A DNA stretch of 64,000 nucleotides from an uncultured delta proteobacterium (lineage in GTDB: Bacteria; Myxococcota; UBA727; VGSZ01), in NCBI GenBank assembly GCA_963775425.1, contig CAVZJB010000008.1:224001-288000 (forward strand), in the 5' to 3' direction. Positions within the stretch are counted from its first letter, which is position 1. Each line of letters begins with the position of its first letter. Shown here one piece after another: positions 18,253-27,029 of the stretch. The position numbers and the translations under genes are program-made. The notes below the pieces were generated by a model. It ran no database searches. It was given only the letters and a program-made list of their open reading frames with translations, and was not told the origin of the DNA.

Positions 18253-19362
18253 TTGAAGAAGTTCACCGATCTCGCTCTTCTCCCCACGCTGCAAGCGACG
18301 CTCGCCGAGCAGAGCCTCGTCCAGCTCACCGAGATCCAGAGCCGCGCCCTGCCCGTCCTGCTCGCCGGGCGCTCGGTCGTCGGCGTCTCGGAGACCGGCA
18401 GCGGCAAGACGCTCGCCTACGCGCTGCCGATTCTCCACGCGCTCAAGACGCTCGAAAGCGACGGCTCGCGCATCGAGAAGCCGGCTCACCCTCGCGCGGT
18501 CGTCATCGTGCCCACGCGAGAGCTCGGGGAGCAGGTCTCGAAGGTGTTCAAACCCTTCACCCACAAGACGCGGCTGCGCGTGCGCACCGTCCTTGGCGGG
18601 ACGGCCATGGAGGTCGCCAAGAAGAACATCAACGGCCCCTTCGAGGTGCTCGTGGCCACGCCGGGGCGCCTCATCAAGCTCCTCGACCGCGGCTTCATCC
18701 ACTTCGACGACGTCCGCGTGCTGGTGTTCGACGAAGCCGATCAGATGATGGACGAGGGCTTCCTGCCCGACGCCACACACATCGCCGGCGCGTGTCCCCC
18801 GCGGCGGCAGCTCGCGCTGTTCTCCGCCACGGTGTCGCCCACGGTGGAGGCGCTCATCGCGAAGCTCTTCGCCGGCGTGGAGGTCATCCGCAGCGAGGGC
18901 AGCCACAAGGTCGTCGCCACGCTCACCACGCTCAACCGCGACGTGAAGAACGGCGACCGCTTGCCGCTGCTCGCGCAGGTGCTGGCCGAGAAGGTCGCCG
19001 GCGGCACCATGATCTTCACGAACACGCGCGAGCAGTGCGACACGGTGGCGCGCGAGATCGCCAAGCTCGGCCGCACCTGCACCATTTACCGCGGCGAGAT
19101 GGACAAGCTGCAGCGACGCGCGAACCTCAAGGCGTTCCGCGACGGCGCCGTGGACGTCCTCGTCTCCACGGACCTCGCGTCGCGGGGTCTCGACGTGCAG
19201 CACGTCGGTCGCATCGTGAACTTCCACCTGCCCAAGGACATGCAAAACTACCTGCACCGCGTGGGCCGCACCGCGCGCGCCGGCCGCGCCGGCGTCGTCA
19301 TCAACTTCGTGACGGAGCGCGACCGGCCGCTGATGCAGCAGCTCGCGCGCGTCCGTCCCTAG
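18253..19362 (+). CDS. DEAD-box RNA helicase (minimal core)
   Basis: Q-motif FTDLAL...TEIQ, TGSGKT, PTREL, GG, TPGR, DEAD, SAT, RGLD, HRVGRTAR; TTG start inferred from the Q-motif position. Confidence 0.92.
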   Translation: MKKFTDLALLPTLQATLAEQSLVQLTEIQSRALPVLLAGRSVVGVSETGSGKTLAYALPILHALKTLESDGSRIEKPAHPRAVVIVPTRELGEQVSKVFKPFTHKTRLRVRTVLGGTAMEVAKKNINGPFEVLVATPGRLIKLLDRGFIHFDDVRVLVFDEADQMMDEGFLPDATHIAGACPPRRQLALFSATVSPTVEALIAKLFAGVEVIRSEGSHKVVATLTTLNRDVKNGDRLPLLAQVLAEKVAGGTMIFTNTREQCDTVAREIAKLGRTCTIYRGEMDKLQRRANLKAFRDGAVDVLVSTDLASRGLDVQHVGRIVNFHLPKDMQNYLHRVGRTARAGRAGVVINFVTERDRPLMQQLARVRP

Positions 19363-19681
19363 AGAGTTGAACCGCCAAAAACAAATGGGTCGGCCAAGCA
19401 CTCGGCGCGAAGCGCCGCCCGCACGTCGTCGATGCGCGAAGCGGCGGGCGTGCCGGCACGCGCGCCGGGCCCGTCGCCGGTGCGCTGACACCGAGACGTC
19501 CGGACGCGGAATTTGGAGCGGTGTCGCTGTGGCGGCTTCGTGGCGATGTGCAGGGCTCTCGTGCGCACCGGCGACGGCACCCCGCGCGGGCGCTGCGACG
19601 CCGCGCGGCGGAGCTTGGCGATCTCTTGCAGGTTGATCACGGCCGCGGGGGCGCAGCACACTCTCTGCGAACACCCACAGC

Positions 19682-20359
19682 TCAGAGGGCGGCGTGGGCG
19701 GTGCCGTGGACGTGGATGCGGACGTCGAGCGTGACGGCGGGCTGGCTCGCCGCGGTGAAGGGCGCGAGGCCGTCGAGGCTCTGCGAGACCTCGCAGGCGC
19801 CGTCGCCGGTGACGACGTCGCCGGCGTTGAAGGCGTCGTCGATGAGGCCCGTGAGGGCGCCCGACGTGTCCACGGTGACGTCGGGGTCGGCGAGGTCGCT
19901 GCCGTCGGCGGGCACGGCGCGGACCACCAGCACGTCCTTTTGCCCGAGGACGTCGACGTGGCTCTCCATGCTCTCGAGGCCCTCGCCGGGATCGATGGTG
20001 CCGCCGCCGTCGAGGTCGGTGAAGGACACGCGGCGCACGTCCATCTCCACGCTCGACAGGACCACGTCCTTGAGCTGCGCGCCCTGGTCGGCCACCTGCT
20101 TTTCGGCGTCGGCGCGCACGTCGCCCATGTCGATGATCTCGCCGTGCCACGACGACGCCATCACGCACGAGTCGCGCGCCACGTGGTGCTCGAAGGTGAA
20201 CCCGGCGACGGCGGTGGCGAGGCTCTCGTCGCAGCCCTCGCCGACAGGCCCGAGCGGCAGCGACACGTGCGCGGCGCGCGTGACCGAGAATGGAACCGGC
20301 AGCGCGCAGCCGGCCCCGGCGACGACGACGACGACGACGATTACGGCCAGCCGCACCAT
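19682..20359 (-). CDS. hypothetical lipoprotein
   Basis: GGAGG RBS; hydrophobic signal and lipobox AGAGC; acidic beta-rich body. Confidence 0.7.
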   Translation of the reverse strand: MVRLAVIVVVVVVAGAGCALPVPFSVTRAAHVSLPLGPVGEGCDESLATAVAGFTFEHHVARDSCVMASSWHGEIIDMGDVRADAEKQVADQGAQLKDVVLSSVEMDVRRVSFTDLDGGGTIDPGEGLESMESHVDVLGQKDVLVVRAVPADGSDLADPDVTVDTSGALTGLIDDAFNAGDVVTGDGACEVSQSLDGLAPFTAASQPAVTLDVRIHVHGTAHAAL

Positions 20360-20586
20360 GGTGACCTCCCCTCCCCCTCGCTCGTTCAAGAGCCGCGCCG
20401 GTGCCCGCGCGCGCCGCCGTCGGGCGCGCCGCCGTCGCGGGCTCCAGGCGGCACGCCAAGCGCCCGAGCGCGCGCGAGCCCGCCCAAGCACGCGCGTCCA
20501 TTGGCCCGGGCGTTGTCGCGGGTCGGTCAATCGTCGTACTGCGAAATTCCGACGCGGCGGTCGCCAATTTCCGCGACGAAGGTCCC

Positions 20587-21513
20587 ATGCTTGCGCTGGC
20601 GCTCGCCCTTGCCTCCTTCACCGTTCCCTTCGGAAAAGCGCCCGCGCAGGTGGGCCTCATCCGGGAGCCCGAGTCCTCGCCGGAGGCGCCCGGCAGCCTC
20701 GCCGTCGACGACGCCGGGCGCGCGTTCGTCCTCGACGCGGTCGATGAGCGCGTCGCGGTCTTTTCGCCCGACGGCAAGCTCGACGCGAGCATCCCGTTGC
20801 CCTCGGACACCATCGAGGACTTCGCGCTCCTGCCCTCGGGGGACATCGCCGTCCTCGATCGCCTCGTGGACCGCACCGTCTCCGTCATCGCGCCCAACGG
20901 CGCCGTGCTCGCCCGCGCCGCCGTCGAAGGCGCCGGCGTCGACGACGGCGGCGAGGTCACCGCCATCTTCGCCGACGCCGACGGCGTGTGGCTCGAGGTG
21001 CTCCACGGCGCGCAGGTGCGCGTGCTCGACGCGTCCCTGAAGGTCGACGAGCGACGCGTCGTGCGCCCCGGCGTCCCCATGGCCGTCGCGGGCGCGGCCG
21101 AGCAGACGGCGGCGGAGCAATACGTGCGGCTGCGCAAGGTCGGCGACGTCGCCCAGGTGCTGTTCTTCGACAAGGCAGGCGCCGTCGTCGCCGACGGCGC
21201 GGTCTCGTTCCAGAACCTGCTCGAGCTGTCGGGCCTCGTCGTCAAAGGCGATCGCATCTGGGTCGCGGGTCACGAGCTCGACGAGGCGATCGACGCCGCG
21301 GGCGCGCGCACCATCAAGAGCGATCGCGTCGTGGTCGTCGAGCTCCGGCGCAAGGGTGATCGCCTCCGTGAGATCGGGAGGCACGTGACCAAGGCGTCGC
21401 CGGAGTGGGTGCCGCTCAAACAGTTGGTCGCCGCGCCCGACGGGGTCGCGCACCTCTACGTGAATTCCATGGCCAAGCCCGGCCAGCCGGGGATGGAGGT
21501 GACGTCGTGGTGA
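20587..21513 (+). CDS. secreted beta-propeller (NHL/6-bladed-like) protein
   Basis: Signal-like N-terminus; PGSLAVDDAGRAFVLDAVDERVAVFSPDG repeat; GTGA overlap with the next gene. Confidence 0.7.
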   Translation: MLALALALASFTVPFGKAPAQVGLIREPESSPEAPGSLAVDDAGRAFVLDAVDERVAVFSPDGKLDASIPLPSDTIEDFALLPSGDIAVLDRLVDRTVSVIAPNGAVLARAAVEGAGVDDGGEVTAIFADADGVWLEVLHGAQVRVLDASLKVDERRVVRPGVPMAVAGAAEQTAAEQYVRLRKVGDVAQVLFFDKAGAVVADGAVSFQNLLELSGLVVKGDRIWVAGHELDEAIDAAGARTIKSDRVVVVELRRKGDRLREIGRHVTKASPEWVPLKQLVAAPDGVAHLYVNSMAKPGQPGMEVTSW

Positions 21514-22997
21514 GCGCTCTGCTCCTCGTCGCTTCGCTCGCGGCCACGCCGCCGCCGATGACCCGCGACCAGGTCGTCGCGCGCGCCGCGCCCGGCGTCG
21601 GCTACTCGTACCATTGGGGCGGCGCCTGCTGGCAGCTCGACGGCGGCGGCGGCCACGGCTCCTGCTCCGGCAACTGCCCCAACTGCACGCACTCAGGCAG
21701 CTACGGCGCGGACTGCAGCGGCTACGTGTTCAAGGCGTGGCAGATCGACGGCGCGCAGTCCGTCAGCACGTGCGGCCACGGGCCGTACACCGCGAGCTCG
21801 TACCACACGAACCAGACGCACTGGACGCACATCACGCGGGCCAACGCCAAGAAGGCCGACGCCCTCGCATCCACGACGCACGTGGTGCTCGTCCTCGGCG
21901 GCGACCCGTGGGGCACGCCCACCATCGACGAGGCGCGCGGCTGCAGCTACGGCATCCAGCACAACGTGCGCTCGCTCGGCTCCGAGTTCAACGCGTCCCA
22001 GCGCGACAACCTCGACCTCACGCCGCCGGCTTGGAAGGCGACGTACGTGAACCAGTCCTTCCCGTACGCGAGCGCGCCCGCCATCCAGCTCAAAGAGGGC
22101 GAGACCGTCGACGGCTTCTTCGACCTCAGGAACGACGGCGCCAACGCCTGGAGCGCGGACACCAAGCTCGCGCCCACGCCGCGCGATCAGCCGTCGACGC
22201 TGCACGACGACTCGTGGCTGTCGGACACGCGCATCGTCTCGCCCGGCGCCGTCGCGCGAAACGCCGTCGGCCATTTCGCGGTCACGCTGCGCGGCGGCGC
22301 GCCCGGCGAGCACATCCAGAGCTTCGGCCTGGTGCAGGAGGGCGTGAGCTGGTTTTCGTCCTCGGGCGGGCCGCCGGACACCCAGCTCGCGGTGAAGGTC
22401 GACGTCATCGCGCGCGACCACGCCGGCACCCTCGTCGAAGACGGCTTCGCCAAGGACGAGGACGGCTTCGTGGTGGTGGAGCAGGGCTCCACGGCGCAGG
22501 GCTACGTCGACGTGCGAAACGACGGCCACGTGACCTGGGACTCGACGGTGCGCCTGGCGCCGACGCCGCGCGACCAGCCGTCGGACGTCGCCGCGGCCTC
22601 GTGGATGTCGCCGACGCGCGTGGCCACGGCCGACGCGGACACGCCGGAGGGCTCGGTGGCGCGCTTCACCTTCGAGGTGCAGGGCAACACGGTCGGCGAC
22701 TTCACGCAGACCTTCGGCCTGGTCCACGAAGCCGTGACGTGGTTCGCCGACGCCGGCTTCGGCCCCGCCGACGACTTCTTCACGCTCAAGGTGCGCGTGG
22801 TGCCGCACGGCACCTTCGGCGCCGCCGCCGCCGACGGCCTCTTCGGGGTCGGCCCCGACGGCAAGCCCCTCGCGGGCCAAGAGCCGCTGCCGCCGTCGGT
22901 GGTCCCGAGCTGCGCGCAGGCGTCGCCGCAGACCGTCGGCCTCGCCGCGGCGGCGCTCGCGCTGCTCGGCCTGCTCCGCCGCCGCCGTCGCGAGTGA
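21510..22997 (+). CDS. NlpC/P60-like cysteine hydrolase + two NBR1-type Ig-like domains + MYXO-CTERM-like sorting tail
   Basis: YHWGG, GADCSGYV (catalytic Cys), THVVLV (His), DEA; two repeats of RNDG..W.....LAPTPRDQPS....SW.S.TR...FGLV.E.V.WF...GP.D; C-terminal SCAQA...LAAAALALLGLLRRRRRE. Confidence 0.8.
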   Translation: MSALLLVASLAATPPPMTRDQVVARAAPGVGYSYHWGGACWQLDGGGGHGSCSGNCPNCTHSGSYGADCSGYVFKAWQIDGAQSVSTCGHGPYTASSYHTNQTHWTHITRANAKKADALASTTHVVLVLGGDPWGTPTIDEARGCSYGIQHNVRSLGSEFNASQRDNLDLTPPAWKATYVNQSFPYASAPAIQLKEGETVDGFFDLRNDGANAWSADTKLAPTPRDQPSTLHDDSWLSDTRIVSPGAVARNAVGHFAVTLRGGAPGEHIQSFGLVQEGVSWFSSSGGPPDTQLAVKVDVIARDHAGTLVEDGFAKDEDGFVVVEQGSTAQGYVDVRNDGHVTWDSTVRLAPTPRDQPSDVAAASWMSPTRVATADADTPEGSVARFTFEVQGNTVGDFTQTFGLVHEAVTWFADAGFGPADDFFTLKVRVVPHGTFGAAAADGLFGVGPDGKPLAGQEPLPPSVVPSCAQASPQTVGLAAAALALLGLLRRRRRE

Positions 22998-23112
22998 GCC
23001 GCGCCGGGAAGGTCGCGTTCAGCGTCGTCTCCGTGGTGCCGGCGGGGCGGCCCCTGTGTCGAGCGCAGCATCGAGGCAAGCGCCGCCGGTTCCCGGTAGG
23101 CTGCGGGCGAAC

Positions 23113-24366
23113 GTGCGCATCCCTCGTCTGAAAAGCACCGCCCTCACCGTCGCCGTGCTCACGGCGCTGCAGTTGTTGAACTTCATCGACCGCTACGCGC
23201 CGTCGGCGGTGAAGGACCTGTTCAAGGCGGACCTGGGCCTCACGGACGCGCAGACGGGCTTCGTCTTTTCGGCGTTCGTCCTCGTGTACCTCGTCGCGTG
23301 CCCGGTGTTCGGCACGTTCGCCGAGCGGGGCAACCGGCCGCGCTTGCTGGCGCTCGGGGTGCTGATCTGGTCGATCGCCACCGCCGCCGGCGCGCTCGCG
23401 CAGGACTTCGCGACGCTGCTGTGCGCGCGCGCCCTCGTCGGCGTCGGCGAGGCCGCGTTCATCACCATCAGCCCCACGCTCATCGCCGACCTGTTCCCGC
23501 CCGCGCGCCGGAACCGCATGCTGACCATCCTGAACGCCGCCACACCCATCGGCGTCGCCATCGGCTTTTCGTTGGCGGGGTGGTTCGGCCAGATGTGGGG
23601 CTGGCGCGCGGCCTTCGCCATCGTGGGCTTGCCGGGCCTCGCGCTCGCGCTCGTGGCGCTGTCGTTGCCGGATCCGCCGCGCGGCGCGTTCGAACCGCGC
23701 GCCGCCGGGGTGGACGTCGCGGCGGCGCCGGCGTGGCCGCGCGTGCTCCGGGAGCTCGTGCGCAACCCGCGCTACGTGTTCGCCACCGCGGGCTACGTCG
23801 CCATCACGTTCGCGCTCGGCGGCATCGGCGACTGGTTCCCGACGTTCCTGTCGCGCGAGCGCGGCTTCTCGATGGCGCAGGCCGGCAACGTCGCGGGCAT
23901 CTCCGTGGTCGTCGGGGGGTTCATCGGCACCGCGCTCGGCGGCCTGTTGTCGGACGCGCTGTCGAAGAAGCTGCGCGAGCCGTACTTCGTCGTGTGCGGC
24001 GCCTCGTGCATCCCGGGAGCGGCGCTGGCGGCGTACGCGATCTTCGCGGCGCGCGGGGCGCTCGAGATCGCCGTCGCGCTGTCGGCGGCGCAGGTGTTTC
24101 TCTGGATGTACAACGCCCCCGTCAACGCGCTCCTCGTGAACTCGCTCGACGGCGGCAAGCGCGCGCGCGCGTTCGGCCTCGCGCTTTTGTGTACGCACCT
24201 GTTCGGCGACGTCCTGAGCCCGCCGGTGATCGGCCGGGTCTCGAGCGCCACCGGCAGCGTCGCGCTGGGGATCGGCGTCGCGCTCGTCGGCGCCGTCGTC
24301 GCCGGCGTCGCGTGGCTCTTCGGCGCGCGGTTTGCGAGCGGGCGCGCGTCGCCGTCGATGCTCTAG
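23113..24366 (+). CDS. MFS transporter (Spinster-like)
   Basis: LLNFIDR, GTFAERGNRPRLL, RALVGVGEA, PTLIADLFPPARR, HLFGDVLSP; about 12 TM. Confidence 0.9.
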   Translation: MRIPRLKSTALTVAVLTALQLLNFIDRYAPSAVKDLFKADLGLTDAQTGFVFSAFVLVYLVACPVFGTFAERGNRPRLLALGVLIWSIATAAGALAQDFATLLCARALVGVGEAAFITISPTLIADLFPPARRNRMLTILNAATPIGVAIGFSLAGWFGQMWGWRAAFAIVGLPGLALALVALSLPDPPRGAFEPRAAGVDVAAAPAWPRVLRELVRNPRYVFATAGYVAITFALGGIGDWFPTFLSRERGFSMAQAGNVAGISVVVGGFIGTALGGLLSDALSKKLREPYFVVCGASCIPGAALAAYAIFAARGALEIAVALSAAQVFLWMYNAPVNALLVNSLDGGKRARAFGLALLCTHLFGDVLSPPVIGRVSSATGSVALGIGVALVGAVVAGVAWLFGARFASGRASPSML

Positions 24367-24532
24367 CGGTTCAGCGTGATGGGCGAGCGGGGCGCGGTCA
24401 CGTGTACGGCGAGCGCGTGCGGCTCAGGTGCGCGGTCGCGGCGAGGAGCCCACCGACGATGGGCGGATGGGCGAGCGGGGGATGGGCGAGGGGCCGATGC
24501 GTGGCCTCGCGGGCGCACCCGATACGACACAC

Positions 24533-25489
24533 ATGCCCATCGGGACTTCCACGGTTCGCCCTCGCGTCACCGCCCGCAGCGGGAGCGTCTCGACGGCGTC
24601 GGAGGTGGCGGGGGACAAGCCCCCGCGCCTCGACGACGCGCCGCTGCCGCCGCTCCCGCGCGTCACGCCCCCCCGGAGCAGGTCGACGAGCACGTCGACG
24701 AGCGCGGGGACGCGGGCGGCGCGCAGCGGGCTCGGATCGTTCGGGCGGGTGGTCCGCGCGGGCGTCGTCGGCGCGATGATCGGCCTCGCCGGCGTCGGCG
24801 CCGTCACCATGTCGCCGCTCGCGACGCGGTTGCCGCAGCCGTCCATCGTCGTCGTGCAGCCCCCGCCGGTGGTGACGCCCGCGCCGCCGCCCGTCGTCAC
24901 GCCGGCGCCGCCGCCCGTCGTGACGCCCGCGCCGCCGCCCGTCGTGACGCCTGCGCCGCCGCCCGTCGTGACGCCCGCGCCGCCGCCGGTGGTGACGCCC
25001 GCGCCGCCGCCGGTGGTGACGCCCGCGCCGCCGCCGGTCGTGAAGCCCGCGATCTTCGCCTTCGCGCCGCTCCCGGCGGGGAAGAACCTCGACGTCGCCG
25101 GCACGTTCACGACGACGATCCTGTTCGGCCCGACGCAGATCAGCTTCGCCGGCAGCGCGCGCGTGGTGAAGTCCGACGCCGACAACCTGGTCCTGCGCGT
25201 CGACGCGCACGGCAGCCAGGGCATCTTCGCCGGGCAGACCCGTTCGGTGCAGCTCTCCTTCACCAGGGTCGACGCCAAACACGTGAGGTTCTCCGCGGCG
25301 GACCTCACCTCGGGAGACCCGCCGACGACGTCGACGCTCACGGTGACGAGCTCCACGCCCTCCGGGACGCAGTTGCGCGCGTCCGACGGCGGCGTCGTGT
25401 CGCTCACCGACGCCGGCGGCACGCTCACCATCGGCTACGACCAGAACACCATTCGCGTCGCGCACCCGCTGCCGGCGCCCCGCGTCTAG
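24533..25489 (+). CDS. hypothetical protein: disordered N-terminus, TM, (PPPVVTPA)x8 stalk, beta-rich C-terminal domain
   Basis: Open frame with GC3-biased codons; hydrophobic segment GVVGAMIGLAGVGAV; start codon uncertain. Confidence 0.65.
   Translation: MPIGTSTVRPRVTARSGSVSTASEVAGDKPPRLDDAPLPPLPRVTPPRSRSTSTSTSAGTRAARSGLGSFGRVVRAGVVGAMIGLAGVGAVTMSPLATRLPQPSIVVVQPPPVVTPAPPPVVTPAPPPVVTPAPPPVVTPAPPPVVTPAPPPVVTPAPPPVVTPAPPPVVKPAIFAFAPLPAGKNLDVAGTFTTTILFGPTQISFAGSARVVKSDADNLVLRVDAHGSQGIFAGQTRSVQLSFTRVDAKHVRFSAADLTSGDPPTTSTLTVTSSTPSGTQLRASDGGVVSLTDAGGTLTIGYDQNTIRVAHPLPAPRV
24860..25051 (+). repeat. 24-bp coding tandem repeat, 8 units (PPPVVTPA)
   Basis: ccgccgccsgtsgtsacgccngcg units read directly in the sequence. 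Confidence 0.9.
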
Positions 25490-25498
25490 GAGACCACC

Positions 25499-26209
25499 GT
25501 GCCCAGGATCCACACGACGTCGCACGTCCGCCCCGTCCACCACCACGCGTCGCACGCGCTGTCCGCGACGTCGCAGAAGATCGCGGGCGCGTTGACGAAG
25601 GGGCTGCCCGACGTCGTCGACCACAAGCTCCTGTCCATGATGAAGGACCCCGTGGTGTCGGAGTCGTCGCTGCCGCCCGAGAACGCCCGCGCGCGCGGCA
25701 AGGTGACGCTCACGTACACCGTAGGGAGCGCCAAGGCGGCCAAGGAGATCGTCGAGGGCTTCGGGCCCATGGACGACGAGAACCTCCTCACCGACAACAT
25801 CGAGTGGCCCGAGGGCATGGACACGGTCGACGCCCACGCGCGCGGCAACAAGGTCGTCATCGCGTCGGAGTGGTCGGCGCCGCGCAGCAAGAAGCCGAAG
25901 GCGGTGGAGGCGGCGCTCGGCATGATGTCGAACTACATCATCGACTCGTCCAAGCGCGGCGTCTCCGTCATCACGCCGCAGATCAAGGTGTCGGGCGACG
26001 ACGCCCACGGCAAGATGACGCTCTCGTACGAGATCCGGAGCAGCAGCACCTTCGAGAAGCTCGACGCCGCCCACGTCCAGCGCCTCGCGGGCGGCCTCAA
26101 GATGGACAGGGCCACCCTCGAGTCCCACTACATCAAGCTGCCGGCCTTCGTGCAGAGCGCGACCGTGAAGGGCCATGGCAGCCACCTCGTCGTCGAGGCC
26201 ACCTGGTAG
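25499..26209 (+). CDS. hypothetical protein with an internal duplication
   Basis: AGGAG RBS; two similar halves GKVTLTYTV...GNKVVIASEW and GKMTLSYEI...GSHLVVEATW. Confidence 0.75.
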   Translation: MPRIHTTSHVRPVHHHASHALSATSQKIAGALTKGLPDVVDHKLLSMMKDPVVSESSLPPENARARGKVTLTYTVGSAKAAKEIVEGFGPMDDENLLTDNIEWPEGMDTVDAHARGNKVVIASEWSAPRSKKPKAVEAALGMMSNYIIDSSKRGVSVITPQIKVSGDDAHGKMTLSYEIRSSSTFEKLDAAHVQRLAGGLKMDRATLESHYIKLPAFVQSATVKGHGSHLVVEATW

Positions 26210-26253
26210 CCGGCCGAGTCGTGCGCGCTCGGTGAAACCGCTACGCTCCGCCC

Positions 26254-26691
26254 ATGCGCGCCAAACACGCCATGTCGCGGGACGTCATCGTGGTTCCCCC
26301 GGAGATCGATCTCGCGGGGGCGTGGCGCCTCATGCAGCGGGAGTCCATCCGGCACCTCCCCATCGTGAGAAACGGCATGCTCGTCGGCATCCTCTCCGAT
26401 CGCGACCTGCTGTCGCGCGGACAGCCACGGCACGGCGGCCTCGTGTTCGACAAGTCGTTGGTCGTCACGGAGGTGATGTCGGCGGCGCCGCTCACGTGCC
26501 TGCCCGACGCGCGCATCGGCACCGTCGCGCGCGCGATGATCGAGCAGAAGATCGACGCCGTACCCGTCGTCGACAAGCACGACAAGCTCGTCGGCCTGGT
26601 GACGTCGTCGGATCTGCTCGCGCTCCTGCTCGACCGCACCGACGACACGCTGCCGTTTCAATACGCCGTCGTCACCGTCGACGAGACGTGA
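26254..26691 (+). CDS. CBS-domain pair protein
   Basis: MSRDVIVV...IRHLPIV...LVGILSDRDL; IDAVPVVD...LVGLVTSSDLL. Confidence 0.9.
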   Translation: MRAKHAMSRDVIVVPPEIDLAGAWRLMQRESIRHLPIVRNGMLVGILSDRDLLSRGQPRHGGLVFDKSLVVTEVMSAAPLTCLPDARIGTVARAMIEQKIDAVPVVDKHDKLVGLVTSSDLLALLLDRTDDTLPFQYAVVTVDET

Positions 26692-26695
26692 CGCA

Positions 26696-26990
26696 GCGGC
26701 GTTACGACGCTCCCGGCGCTGCGACGTTTGTCGCTGACGACGACGTTGCGCCCCGCCGCGACTGTCTACGCCGCGCGCCTTCGGCGCCTCTTTTGCATCG
26801 GCACGTCACGGGTCGTCGCGAATGTGTGGTCGCCGGGCTGCATCGGCACGTAACGGGTCATCGCGAATGGGTCGTCGACGTGCCCGACGTCACGTAGGGC
26901 GCCCCCTCGTGGGGCGCGCCGGCCGGGTCTCTCGACGCGGGGGACAAGCCCCCGCCCTACGGGTCGTCGCGAATGTGTACGGCGCCGGGC
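26696..26990. repeat. composite intergenic repeat: ~95-bp dispersed unit + 45-bp tandem units + REPIN
   Basis: 26696-26790 aligns with 56745-56840; three copies of ...cacgggtcgtcgcgaatg...; REPIN at 26894-26960. Confidence 0.75.
26894..26960. mobile_element. 67-bp REPIN-like non-autonomous element (GTAGGGCG...CGCCCTAC)
   Basis: Terminal inverted GTAGGGCG / CGCCCTAC; two internal hairpins; the right end matches the 4422/8263 REP in reverse with 1 mismatch. Confidence 0.65.
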
Positions 26991-27029
26991 CGTCGACGGG
27001 CTGTTCGTGAGCGTGAGCGAACAAATACC

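Noticed and set aside
19363-19681. 319-bp intergenic gap after the DEAD-box helicase as a possible ncRNA or small ORF
   Set aside because: No recognisable RNA family motif, cloverleaf or convincing coding signal by eye; an Rfam/Infernal search would be needed
20501-20517. Sigma-54-like TGGC-N-TTG sites (20501-20517, 19616-19630, 49400-49415)
   Set aside because: Each fails the invariant GG-N10-GC rule (GT instead of GC, 9-nt spacing, or TG instead of GG)
26794-26990. 45-bp repeated units as a mini-CRISPR
   Set aside because: Degenerate tandem units without unique spacers; better explained as a tandem repeat plus a REPIN
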